Source: Tubiluchus corallicola (Eukaryota > Animalia > Priapulida). From it: a DNA stretch of 64,000 nucleotides. The stretch's first letter is position 1, and each line of letters begins with the position of its first letter. Below the pieces are notes generated by a model. It searched no databases and was not told the origin of the DNA. It saw only the letters and a program-made list of their open reading frames with translations. A program made the translations under genes and the position numbers. The stretch lies in contig JAQGDQ010000597.1 of NCBI GenBank assembly GCA_030141605.1, positions 1 through 64,000 on the forward strand, written 5' to 3'. Of the stretch, positions 12,402 to 24,534 are shown piece by piece.

Positions 12402-13661
12402 CTGCAAAAAATAACCGAAACTGCCAAAAGTAGGCCTACAGTAACGTAACACTAACAAGCAGACAACGACAAAAAATGATAGAATTAATAAAAAAATCCA
12501 CAACAAAGAAAAAAGGAAAACACAACTTTTCAGTTTTCCACTGTGGAAAAGGAAAAGCACAAACAATCACTAAAAAATACAAATTCACTAAAACCACAAA
12601 GCAGAAATACCACAAGTGAAAGAGCACAATTACAGAAAAAGTAGAGTCCACACTAAGTGAAATCCAGAAGAGAAAAAAACATAAAAAACAACAATCAATA
12701 CAACACAATAGCAAAAAACACAAATTGTTGCAAAAACATCGCTTGAGATCTTATCCAAAAATCCAGAAAAGTATAGTAGTTAGTGATTAGTATGCCTTCT
12801 TTCTTTTCACTTGAAGATAGTGTGGTGTTATTCACATTATGGCCGCTAAATGGAATAGTTAATTTATTTTACATTAACCTCTACAAAGCCAGTGCTAACC
12901 TGATAGATAGTTCACAATTAAATGATAACTGAAACGTCCCAATTTTACTTTTTCTTTATTGTGCGATTTATATTCTCTCGTTTTCTTAGTACACGTATTA
13001 ACTCGACCACATTACCTACAAAACATTGTCTACCATTTTAAAGTTATCATGCGTAAAAATGTCTATGATCGTAAGATGTCAAATTTTAAATTCTGTCAAT
13101 AATATTTTATCCCACATTTTTGCACACTGGAATGAAATTTTAATGTACTTTTAATATATGTATTAGCTTTTCTCTTTTTAATCAACTTTCTCTTACTCGT
13201 AACGCACGTTTCTTAACTCGTAAATTGTGTTTTTTATCTATGTAACTAATTTTACTTTATGTCTTTTGTATATTGTATTTTTGTATACGTATGTATGTCT
13301 ACGAGCTGAAATAAAAGAAAAAATTAAATTAAATATGTTCTGGTCATGTATCTATTAACTTTAACTAGCCACTTATTACACGTTTTCATAGTTTTCCATT
13401 CATTTTGCCAACCATTCCCTAATTAATTGATTTATTCTTTTATTTATTCGTTTATTTAATCAATCGCTTATTGATTAGGTTGTTTATTTGTTTGTCCGCG
13501 CACTCACTCAATCATTCTTTTTCGTTCCTTCTTTTATTTAGATATTAGTTTAATAATTTCTCCTTTGTTCAATCGACCAGTTCGTTTCCAGTTTTTCAGT
13601 AACCATTCTTTCACTCATTCATTCGCAATATTTATATTAGTCTAATGATGATTAAACTTAC

Positions 13662-13711
13662 TCTGCTACCAAAACTGCCGCAACTACTGCAAGAAGGAAA
13701 ACGGCCTTCAT
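13662..13711 (-). CDS. Single insulin-binding-domain protein, exon 1 (signal peptide); full protein 103 aa with 12 Cys, perlustrin/SIBD-like
   Basis: MKAVFLLAVVAAVLVA(E), donor GA|gtaagt in phase 2, matching exon 2. Confidence 0.9.
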
Positions 13712-13796
13712 CTTTCAGTTGAGAAAAACTGGTAAAAGCTTCAGATAAAACGCCTCTCTTCAAGTAGCAGTGTTCCGGAGTCGCCGTGGTGTGGAC

Positions 13797-13802
13797 TTTA
13801 TA
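13797..13802 (-). promoter_or_regulatory. TATA box of the SIBD gene
   Basis: TATAAA about 86 bp upstream of the ATG; TSS expected near 13770. Confidence 0.65.
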
Positions 13803-13910
13803 GTGGGCATCTATATTAGACACTGCAAAGTGGCCCCTATATCTGCCCGTGGCACAGTGGCACCCTTAATGCAAAATCCATTATCATTGGGCCTAAATCA
13901 GGGCAATGGT

Positions 13911-15226
13911 CAGGGCACTTTATTTATGACTTTAGTCATAAATTGCATAAATAGCTTATTTAATACTAATTTCAGATTTTATTTATGACTATTTATGACG
14001 TGTCAAATTTTGACCAAAAATGCCATCCTGAGCTAAAAGAAATACATATTTTTAATCAGAATCTTGTATTTTGCCTTTCTTCGTTCTTCATTACATTAAA
14101 ATGTAATAAAAATGTCTACTTTCATCATTCCAAGGCCTGAAGTTTCTCGTATTGTTTTGCATGCAGGCATCCCTCCAGACTGAAATCCGTGATCGTGTTT
14201 ATAATAATTATAGTATCGGTTTTAATTTGTTTAGGATGACCTATAAAATTACTGCTCATAAAAATCAATCTATTAATTAATTCGTACAGTCACAATTCGT
14301 AGCCACAATTAGTACAAGTAAATAATGTATTTTTTTAAATATCGATTTTAAATTTAATGTTGGAAAATACTATTGGCTATTACATCTTTCTAGGGAACCG
14401 TCACGTATGTTTTCTAATTAAAATTACATTAAGCAAAATAACTAAACAAGAAAAACAGTTAAATTTTAATGACAATGAAGCAACAAATTCTCCCAAAGAT
14501 AAAATATGCTCAAATTCTAGCAGACGGCATTATTCTTATTTCTTGAGGATGAGGCAGTAAGGCACGGGAAACGCTTGCGGCAAACTCGAGCTAAAACCTA
14601 CACCCAAGCCATTGACTTACGCCGCTTAGGGGTAAGCATCGAAGTTCGGTTCGATTCGAATTCGAAAGTCACAAATTCGGTTCGATTCGAATTCGCTTTC
14701 TGGTAGAGAATGCTCACCCCTAACGCCGCTAGGATGAGAAAGGCACTGAAATGAACGTGCAAAGAAAAGAATTAGAAGTGTAGATTTCTGTTATTGTGCA
14801 GAGCGTAGGTTTGAGGCGGCAGAACTTTAGGACATTAAAATAGGTAAGCTGTCTTTAATTCAAATTTTCGATGGAACGACAACGATTCTGTCGGTGCCTA
14901 TTTATTTTTTCGCGGTAACGCGCTCATTTACTTTTTATTATTTAGGTTACTTCTAGACGAGTTAATGACAGATAAACGCATCAGTTAGACAGTCTCAGTT
15001 ACTGTGTTAGTCCACCAAACAGTCACGCGCAAGCTTCTTATGGACTGCCTGTGTGTGTGGGAGAGAGAGAGAGAGAGAGACGGTGGAAACAGTTTTCTGT
15101 ACTGAATTTTTTGTTCCATTCATCGGGAAATGATTATTTTTCTTTCGTTATTTATGACAAATTTGAAATCTTATTTATGACTATTTATGACTATTTTGCA
15201 AGAAAAGTCATAAATAAAGTGCCCTG
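13911..15226. mobile_element. Non-autonomous hAT-type element
   Basis: Perfect TIR CAGGGCACTTTATTTATGACTTT / AAAGTCATAAATAAAGTGCCCTG; 8-bp TSD GCAATGGT at 13903-13910 and 15227-15234; subterminal TATTTATGAC repeats. Confidence 0.92.
14627..14722. mobile_element. 96-bp hAT-type MITE nested in the element above
   Basis: TIR TAGGGGT(A/G)AGCAT; perfect 8-bp TSD ACGCCGCT at 14619-14626 and 14723-14730; internal TTCGG/TTCGA repeats. Confidence 0.9.
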
Positions 15227-16559
15227 GCAATGGTTCAAGGCACGATTTTCGATATGTGGGCTTCTAATTGCTGTTAAAATTCGAGTCACATCCTGGTCAG
15301 CTGAAGTGCTAGATCTGCAGGTCTACTTTTATCCGCCACTTTCGATTTTTAACGTTTTAACAGAATGCGGACCATTATAACTGTTCAACTTGCATTAGGA
15401 CAAAGTGATACCTCTATTGCTTCGGTAGTCACCGTTGTCATCATCATCATTGCCGCCATAGTCGTCGGTCGTAGTCGTTGTAGTTGTTACTATCATTTAA
15501 TAATAGAGAACAAGCATGTTTGTATGTATACAATCATCGTAGTTGTAGTCGTCGTCGCCATCATCACCGTCGTCTTAGTACTGAAACACAATGTACACGT
15601 GTACGTGGTCGTCGTACATTTCATTATCTATATTTAGGCCTAACTATAGGCCTGACTACTTAATTTGCTGTCTGGCATCATTTCTCATTTTAATTTCAAA
15701 ATTAAATTTCCCAGTGATATTTGCATTGATGGGAAGTAATGAGCGTACATTTGGTTTTATTATAGCTGATTGATAACTGATTTGCTTTCATCCAAATGAC
15801 GCACGTATATTTTCAATTTCTATGTTGATTGGCCAGCCCTTCCCGTTTGATTGGCGACACATCGTAGTAAATTTTAACTAACGTTGTACGTTGGGATAAA
15901 CAATAAATGATTTGATTTGATTTGATCTCGGATTGAACAGCCATTAACAATGTGCACTACTGACTCGGCTAGAAGAGCCCATTTAGAATGAGAACTGACA
16001 CTAAAATTAATGAATTACATGTGTTAACAAAATGCCACAGCATATATTCTGTAAGTGCATGAGAAATTTCCTTGTCTAGTGCCTTGACAACTTCTTTTTG
16101 CATTATTTAGATGTAAAAATGTTAAATCACATGCATTGGAGAATAAATTCGTCCATAATTAATTCTAGGAAAAACCTCAAACTGATCAATAAGTAACATG
16201 TCAACTAAATTCCCTCCAGAGAGAGGGAGACGGGGAGAGAGAGAAAAGCGAAAGAACAAAGGATGGACAAAAATTGCACACTGCGTGAAATCATGTTGCC
16301 AACGTAGCGAGCAGCGATGCAAATGCTTGCTCGACTGGATTTTGCTAGTTGATTGATTAGTAGTATGTACCTGTGACATTTAGGCCACAGTTTCAATTAG
16401 CAGTATGTACGTGCAAAGTTATACAACACCAAGCTGGGGGTGGGGTGGGATGATCATTGTGTTCAATGTTCTTTCTGAGCAGTTTTATTTGCATTCGCTG
16501 GACACCTCTGAACTTGGCGAAGACACCTCTTCCAGTTTATTAGCACATTTCAGTAAACG

Positions 16560-18010
16560 ATAACTAAATTGATCCCAGTCCCACCACAACCACCTGTAAT
16601 GAGTTGGCTCTGCCACCACAGTGCTTACTAACCTCACTACACCAGACCACATGCCAATTCACATCACATTACATACTAGTAGCATGATTTGTAGTCATGT
16701 AGGAGAAGCCACTGTAACAGCTGAAGACGCGCTCTTAACCCCTACCCACAAAACAGAAGTAACCGAGTGCAATTTGATAAAGCCAAAAATAATGATATAA
16801 ATAACTACATGTTAAGCCGTCTATATTTATCCGCGATCCAAGTGCCATATAGTGCTATACTGTGTGACAATATTAGTTGTCAGCACACTGATCATCTGAC
16901 AAGTCTGAATGTCTATAGCAGCATCATTAAAACGCTTGATAAAGGTGCAGATCAGTCATTTCCCGAGAAAGGTACACCACGTGTTCATCCAAAACATATC
17001 GCCGGCTGGAATGATTTGATAGAGGATAAGTATGAATTATCTAAACATGTTTTTCATCTGTGGGTCAATAATGGAAGACCTAGACATGGCGTCCTAGTTG
17101 ATGAGATGCGACGCACAAGTACCAATTTTAAGCGACGCACAAGAACAATGTAAACAACAGCACGAACCAATTAGAGCTAGTAAACCTGCTCTCAGTGCAA
17201 CGGATTCTTTTATATTTTGGAACAATGTTAAAAAACAATGTAACACCAGAGTTCCATTCAATACAAAAATAAATAACGCAACCTGACAACATGAAATTTG
17301 TAATATGTGGCATAACTGTTACAAAACATTGCTCAACAGTGCTGACACTCTTCATCGACAGAAAAACTTAGAAGATATTTTAACGAGTACCATTTATACT
17401 AATATACCACGTATATCAGCTCACGAGGTCCAAATAAGTATTAAATCCTTATCTATGTGCAATCCTTATCTACGGCCATATCACGTTGAAAACACCGGTT
17501 CTCGTCTGATCACCGAAGTTAAGCAACGTAGAGCCTGGTTAGTACTTGGATGGGTGACCGCCTAGGAATACCAGGTGCTGTAGGCTTGCGGGATGCCCAC
17601 ACTGTATCTCGGCACTAGGCGGAGGAGCTGTACAAGCAGCCAACGGCTAGAGGGCGGAGGAGGTCAAGCGACCCAACGGCCATGTGTAGAGGAGTAAACC
17701 TTCCAAATCAGGAGTGGAGCCCCGAAGACAGACCAATGCAGCATGCTCACTGACTCTGGCAGCTCCTGCAGCCAACCTGGTGCCAAACGTATCGCTCCGC
17801 TTTCCTTTGGACTACACCAGGGAGGAAGAGAGGGGGTTCCTGTTCTCTGGATCTCCATACACCTTGCCCAGGCGTGGTTCAAATTTTTTGATTATAGTTT
17901 GAATCACATAAAAATTGCATACAATAAAGGCATCCGCAAGCCATTTCAGCTACAATATGACTGTTCTGCAAAGGGAATGGGTTTTAAATATCGTATTTTG
18001 ACACTATAAT
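16560..18010 (+). mobile_element. Decayed non-LTR retrotransposon ORF2 remnants interrupted by the 5S-headed element
   Basis: DHMPI (endonuclease end), IAGWNDLIEDKY...FHLWVNNGRPRHG..DEMRRT (EN-RT linker) and IKIAYNKGIRK..QLQYDCSA (ORF2 C-terminus); stops and frameshifts; RT core absent. Confidence 0.7.
17468..17587 (+). rRNA. 5S rRNA-derived sequence (full length; probably a SINE3 head or pseudogene)
   Basis: CTACGGCCATATCACGTTGAAAACACCGGTTCTCGTCTGATCACCGAAGTTAAGCAACG...AGTACTTGGATGGGTGACCGCC...GCTGTAGGCTT; no oligo-T terminator directly after; single copy. Confidence 0.92.
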
Positions 18011-18814
18011 TCGAAAATGTACGTACTCGCTTAAAAACAGGCTGCCAAATAGTTGCAATACTTTAGCACAAAATATATAGAATAGTGACTGCAGGTACAA
18101 ATCTAAAATTCACCAGTACTGGGTTAAAGTTTTATATATATCAAACAGGCTATTAAGACTTTATTATATTTTTATTACACACTTTTTATTGTATTTACAT
18201 ACTACTGTTTTTAGTACTATTTTCAAACTACTAATGTTTTATTTTTTTATAATGCCTATGCGAACGAAATGTGGAGGGGGGTTATTATATGTGCTGTATA
18301 TAGAAGTGCGTTTTACTAATTTTTTGCATAATGTTGTCTTTACGTTTTTAACTCCTGTTTTGTACATTGAAGAAATTCTGCAGTAAAGGTTTAAATTCAA
18401 TTTTGGATTGCGCTTGGAAACAGCCAAACAGTATAAAAATATTAAAAAATAAAATGGTTTCTGTAAAACATGAACGATAAGCCTATACATGTGCAACAGT
18501 TAATTTAATTTATTTTATGTAGTTAAGCAGTAGCAGCAGTAGTGAGAACATCGCTTAGTAGTATGGATACGTAAGACCCATTTGCGCAAAATCTTCTAAT
18601 AGCATATGAATTCTTCCAATACCCGGTAGTTATCTCAATTGGAACCATAACTGTAATGAGTAGTATTGGCGTGTAGGATTCAAACCATATCTCCAATATG
18701 TTAGAATTACATATTACATGACATTTTCCCAACCTTGTAAAACTTATCAACAGGTTCGATTCCTCTTAAGATAGCGTTTGTCTACTAGTAATTGTAAAAT
18801 GGGGTGCAAAAACA

Positions 18815-19058
18815 AAACATATTGTAATTTGTTGTAATATACCTTTTTGTAGCTGGTTTATTTAATTAGCATTTTTATGGAATGAGGCTAATAAATTATT
18901 ATTATTATTTGTATCAATAATAAGTATACTATGAGCCACAAACAAAGTATATTGTAATATAACTTTTTGTAGCTGATTTATTTAATTAGCATTTTTATGG
19001 AATGAGGCTAATAAATTATTATTATTATTTGTATCAATAATAAGTATGCTATGAGCCG
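18815..19058. repeat. Tandem duplication, 2 x ~120 bp
   Basis: Lines starting at 18841 and 18961 are nearly identical. Confidence 0.9.
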
Positions 19059-19168
19059 CGAAACGTGCACGTGGTGACGCGGAGCAAGGGAGAGAGCCGG
19101 GGCAGCAAACGCCGGGTGTGCTTAAGGCACAAACACAACTTAATCCGGCCTTGTTTAAACTGCTTCAT

Positions 19169-19307
19169 TCCATAACGATTAACGTTGTGTCTTTTGCAGT
19201 CGCTTAATGTTATCTTTTGGTACCAGCCTGTAAGTTAACCATAACGATTAGCGTTGTGTCTTTTGCAGTCGCTTAATGTTATCTTTTGGTACCAGCCTGT
19301 AAGTTAA
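19169..19307. repeat. Short tandem duplication, 2 x ~70 bp
   Basis: CCATAACGATTA.CGTTGTGTC...GCCTGTAAGTTAA occurs twice. Confidence 0.9.
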
Positions 19308-20303
19308 AACTATCAAGTTGTATTGTAGTACCATTGTCTCATTACATGTCATGACTGTCACAGTTCATAAAAAACTCAATCAAGCATGAAGCATAACCTC
19401 AACTAAGATTGCAACAAAAATGTTTTGTGGATATTGCCAACAATTTGAGTGGGCTAACTACAGATGAATGTGTACCTGCGTCTTATGACAGTTCAAGAGC
19501 ATGAAAGTGACTGTTAAATAAACATGTTTTGTATGCGAGCTTTGCTGCCTCAAATAAACTGTATTTACCTCAATTTCACATTGCAAATACGTATGCTTCT
19601 ACACTGTATACAAATGGCTACCGATTTTCCTTATATGTATAGCACATTCAATTAATTTTAAAGTTGAGTTAAAGTTGTATAGCAAAACAAAATGCAGTCA
19701 TAAAATAAAATAAGTGGATATTTATACCGTTAGTAAAAAATCTTTATATATTGCTAACGTTTAATGCACATTGCACAATAAATAATAATTGACTAAAACA
19801 ACTTTAGAAAGATTTCCACTTTTCACCCAAGGCTGTTACAATTTACACTTTTACAGATTTGACAAACAAAACAAACCCAAATATATCAACAATTAAGCAA
19901 ACAGTTAAGAAACAGAACAAACGCCAAGATTAGACAGAAAGACAATATTTTAAAAAAGTCAATGATGCATGCAAATCACACAAAAATATACACCTAACAG
20001 CACAACGGGTATAAAATTATTAAAATTAATGACAGATAACAGACTACTTAAATTGGTAGCCATTCGTGTACAGTATAGCATGCAAGACGGCAGCACTCAT
20101 GTCAGACATAACAGGCCATGGTTACTGGTTAATTTCTAGTTTGTGCCTTAATTGTTAGAGGAGTTTTCAAGTTTCATTAATTAACAGTTTATGAAATTCT
20201 TCAAAATTCAAAGTGCAGAATGTGAATTGATTAATTAATTAATTAGGCAAGAGAAAGAATTATGAACCATTAATATGTGTGCACAGAATAAAATAAAAAT
20301 GAT

Positions 20304-20572
20304 CTATCCAACCATTCCCGACTGATTCTGTTCACTTGTTTTATCGAAGATAAACGATTTTCTTGCCAGGGGGCTCTGGGGTAAAGATGTGGTGGCGTAA
20401 CAGCGTTTTCGCAGTGGTAATGGACGGAACCCAGAAACGTGGTGGGCACGGTGTCGTGGCTCGCACCCGATGGTGTGCGCATGACAGCGTGGACGGGAGC
20501 TGCCACCTATGATGGCGTGTGCACGCTCCATTGTTTCTGGCAATGTGGCTGTTCTTTGGTCTTGCAGATTTC
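20304..20572 (-). CDS. Candidate alternative terminal exon of Raf
   Basis: ctgtttcag| acceptor, phase 1, 88 further open codons (NLQDQRTATLPETMERAH...QSGMVG*); GC/CpG-richer than the flanks. Confidence 0.55.
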
Positions 20573-21153
20573 CTGAAACAGTTTTGTCATTGAAAAATTG
20601 TCTCCAGGTTGCATTAGCTTTTAAGCCAAGAACAAAATTGAAATCTTACAATCCTCCAATATTAAGACCAATTAATAATTAGTTAAGAAACTACAAACAT
20701 GAGCCTAGTTCACAATGCTATCTGACTGTACGTTTATGGCACAAAGGACTAGGCATTGAATCAGAATGTCAGATTGCTGAGGATACATGTAGTCTTTTTT
20801 AGATAAATACTTGGATGCATTTTTCCAAAGATGCGGACCTTCGAAATCCAAGCGCATAAGAACTTATTACGATTACCTATAGAACTTATTCTACTTAAAT
20901 ATAAAGTACAGAACTCTATTAAATTGTTCAATAGTTAAGTATCAGCAAACACCATCGCAGTTCGAACGAATGAAACAGAGAAATTTTAAAAACCGATTAT
21001 GTCATCAAGGAAACAATTTGCATAAGTTTATAAGCAAGTAGCACAATTAGCATCAGGTCAAGCCAACACCAAGCAGCTAACAAATTATTTAAATTTTTAC
21101 ACATTTTGACATGCTTATTAATTTGGTTGACAGTATCTCTCTTTTCCAAATAC

Positions 21154-21200
21154 CTTGCGCTGAAGCCAGAAAATCCATGAACGTCTCAACACTCCAGCAA
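21154..21200 (-). CDS. Candidate alternative Raf tail exon
   Basis: tttggtgtttgcgcag|...CAAG|gtattt; phase 2 to 1; (S)CWSVETFMDFLASAQ(G). Confidence 0.5.
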
Positions 21201-21840
21201 CTGCGCAAACACCAAACATACACATCAAAAGTCAAACAAAAAACACCAGTGCTAAGTGTTTTTAAAATGTATTAATAAAGGCCGCAGACCAACCTAAAGA
21301 TGCATACAAGAGACGGCGCACAGACCCGCCTACATGGTTATACGGGGTCTAAACGAATACAATAAATACACAATGTCATTAAAATTTACAAACCGACCCC
21401 AGCGCCTATCATCTACATAATTATAATAGTAATAATTTACAAGCAAAATGCAAAGGGCCCTTAGTATAATACAATGTTAACAGTGTGGCCCGTATTGAAG
21501 CAATGCTTACACTTTAAACAACTTCTGGAAACTCTTAAAGAAAGTCGAAGGTCTACTAAAACCGGTCGTTTTCTTGCTTTTTAAAACAAAACAGTCTTCA
21601 TCATAGTTACAGTACATTTTTCAATCAAAAATATCAAAACAAATTAACATCAACTGATAAAAAATTACAAGAATTAGAAAGAATAATAACTTGCAATGCT
21701 AAAATTCAAAAAAAGGAATGAAAGACAAAAATTTTCTGGGGACGCAAACTGTTCGACTTTTCTAAACTAACTAAAACAAATAATCAGAGAGAAGATATCC
21801 TTTATTTAAAATAAAAATTTTCAGCATATGCTGTGTTTAC

Positions 21841-21943
21841 CTGTCTTGAGAACAGATTTCTTTATATAATTTTGCCTGCTCAATGTCTACAATAGACGTA
21901 ATGAGCTCTCGATAATGATGATGATGATAAAAAGGATCATTTC
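21841..21943 (-). CDS. Candidate alternative Raf tail exon
   Basis: ctgacttgaacattag|...ACAG|gtaaac; phase 1 to 2; (G)NDPFYHHHHYRELITSIVDIEQAKLYKEICSQD; the other two frames are closed. Confidence 0.45.
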
Positions 21944-22529
21944 CTAATGTTCAAGTCAGTTAACTTTAATTTGTCCACTATGGCAAAGTGCATAGATGAT
22001 ACGTACTGCTTATATTAAAATTTGAAATAAACACAGTACAGAAATGTACCGCAAGAGCAGCACTGCCACCTACAGGTCATCGTCAACACCTCAATATGTA
22101 CAGTATTAACTACATAATTTACCATAGACGAGCTGCGGTAATATCTTCTGCCTTTCCTCCCATGCTGCCAACTAGTGGTGGTACTTGTAACTTTGAACAA
22201 CTTTCAAGATTACATAACTGCCATGACTTGATCAAATATAATTTGCATAGTAACTTTGAGAACATATGAGTCCAAAAATTTGAGTCGCAAAATGTGGCTG
22301 AATGCTTACTACTACACAGAACACAAAAAAAGCAAAGGCTGATTACTGAAAGTAAGTTTCACTGGCTTTCTGAACCACTTCAGGTTTTCTGACAAGAAAA
22401 AGGCTGCTACCCACAAGGTTTCTTGTTCTCTTGAAACAACAGTCCATTTCAGTCATTCGTAATGCCTTTGCTTAGTAATAAAGGCTAAAAAATTTCAACA
22501 TCGCTGAGTATACGTACGAGCGAGGGATA

Positions 22530-23475
22530 ATGCTAAATGAACTGTAGGAACAGCATATTCTATGCTAAATGAATGAATGTAACAGCATGTGCAATGTTGA
22601 GTTGCAGCAATAGCGTATGTTATGCTAAATGAATGAATGTAACAACATGTGCAATGTTAAATTGCAGCAATAGCGTACGTTATGCTAAATGAATGAATGT
22701 AACAACATGTGCAATGTTAAATTGCAGCAATAGCGTACGTTATGCTAAATGAATGAATGTAACAGCATGTGCAATGTTAAGTTGCAGCAATAGCGTATGT
22801 TATGCTAAATGAATGAATGTTACAGCACATGCAATGTTAAGTTGCAGCAATAGCGTATGTTATGCTAAATGAATGAATGTAACAGCATGTGCAATGTTGA
22901 GTTGCAGCAATAGCGTATGTTATGCTAAATGAATGAATGTAACAACATGTGCAATGTTAAGTTGCAGCAATAGCGTACGTTATGCTAAATGAATGAATGT
23001 AACAGCATGTGCAATGTTAAGTTGCAGCAATAGCGTATGTTATGCTAAATGAATGAATGTTACAGCACATGCAATGTTAAGTTGCAGCAATAGCGTATGT
23101 TATGCTAAATGAATGAATGTTACAGCACATGCAATGTTAAGTTGCAGCAATAGCGTATGTTATGCTAAATGAATGAATGTTACAGCACATGCAATGTTGA
23201 GTTGCAGCAGGTGTTGGTGTGTAACAGCATGTGAATGTTAGTTGCAGCAATAGCTATGTTATGCTAAATGAATGAATGTACACAGTGCAATGTTATGTGG
23301 GTTGGTGGTATGTTATGCTAAATGAATGAATGTACAATGAGTTAAGTTGCAGCAATAGCGTATGTTATGCTAAATGAATGAATGTAACAACACATGCAAT
23401 GTTAAGTTGCAGCAATAGCATATGTTATGCTAAATGAATGAATGTAACAGCACGTGCAATGTTGAGTTGCAGCAG
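22530..23475. repeat. 60-bp satellite (~15 units) with degenerate ~30-bp repeats continuing to ~23890
   Basis: Unit TATGCTAAATGAATGAATGTAACAGCATGTGCAATGTTAAGTTGCAGCAATAGCGTATGT stacks line on line. Confidence 0.97.
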
Positions 23476-24071
23476 TGTAACTAAACGAGATGCAAAAATA
23501 GCACAAATTCTGCTAAATTAGCATAACGTAAGGGCATGTATAATGCTGAAGAGAGCACGTATAACTCTTAAAGAATAACAAAAATGGGCACATGTAATTC
23601 TAGAAGTAATATAACATATGTGTAATGCTACACATGTTATAATAGCATGATAGTACTGACACCATTTGCAATGCTACATAAGTTAGAGTGACAGCATGTG
23701 TAATGTTAAATGAGTTGTAGATAGTATAAGTATTGTTAAACGAGTAATAGCCAGAGTATATGTAATTCTGAATTATTTGCTAAAAGAGATAGAGAGAGCA
23801 CATATAATGCTGACCGAGTTGCACCCAGCATGTGCAATGCTAAATGAGTTTTTGTAAAAACATGTGAAATTTAAATGTAATGTAATGCAAAGTGTTTTTT
23901 TTAATGAGAGCATTTGGTTGCTTAGAGTAGCCTCTGATCACAGCAAACCACAGTTTCAAAAGAAATCAGCAAGAAGCATACTATAATGTGCAAGAATTAG
24001 CACAAATACAACCACAGTAATTAATACATAAATGTTTGCAAGTAAGTAAGATTACTGATAACAGCTGTGCT

Positions 24072-24280
24072 ATAGCATCAAACTATTGGTTTTACAACTT
24101 GAAATAACGTCCAACATGGCTATCATGAAAGTAAGAAAAAGCAATTTAGCTAAGATCATAGTACAATCAAATTACCAACTATTGGTTTTACAACTTGAAA
24201 TAACGTCCGACATGGCTATTATGAAAGTAAGAAAAAGCAATTTACTTCAGATCATAGCACAATCAAATTACCAATCAACT
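24072..24280. repeat. Tandem duplication, 2 x 96 bp
   Basis: ACTATTGGTTTTACAACTTGAAATAACGTCC...AAGCAATTTA occurs twice; explains ORF 24086-24364. Confidence 0.9.
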
Positions 24281-24534
24281 GATCAACTAGCAAACACCGT
24301 ATTTACTGTAGTAATAGTAGATAGTAAACTAATACGTAGCAACTTCACACTGATTTTTGGATAATCACCATAATATTTACACAGCTTGCTTCTAGCTTCA
24401 AGTGAGTGTTACTATCTAGTGCTATGAAAGTAAGGAAAACTCAACATAAGGTGGCAGTAAGTTAAGTGAATTTAAGTGCAGGTTATTATGTGTAGGGTTA
24501 ATAAAGCCACGCTTGCTGACATTCGCCTGCAGTT

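Noticed and set aside
12430-12770. Hydrophobic minus-strand ORFs as membrane proteins
   Set aside because: A-rich low-complexity intron sequence, possibly noisy consensus.
17468-17587. Functional 5S rDNA array unit
   Set aside because: Single copy with no adjacent terminator, embedded in LINE debris.
22530-23475. CRISPR array
   Set aside because: Head-to-tail satellite with no unique spacers and no cas genes, in eukaryotic DNA.
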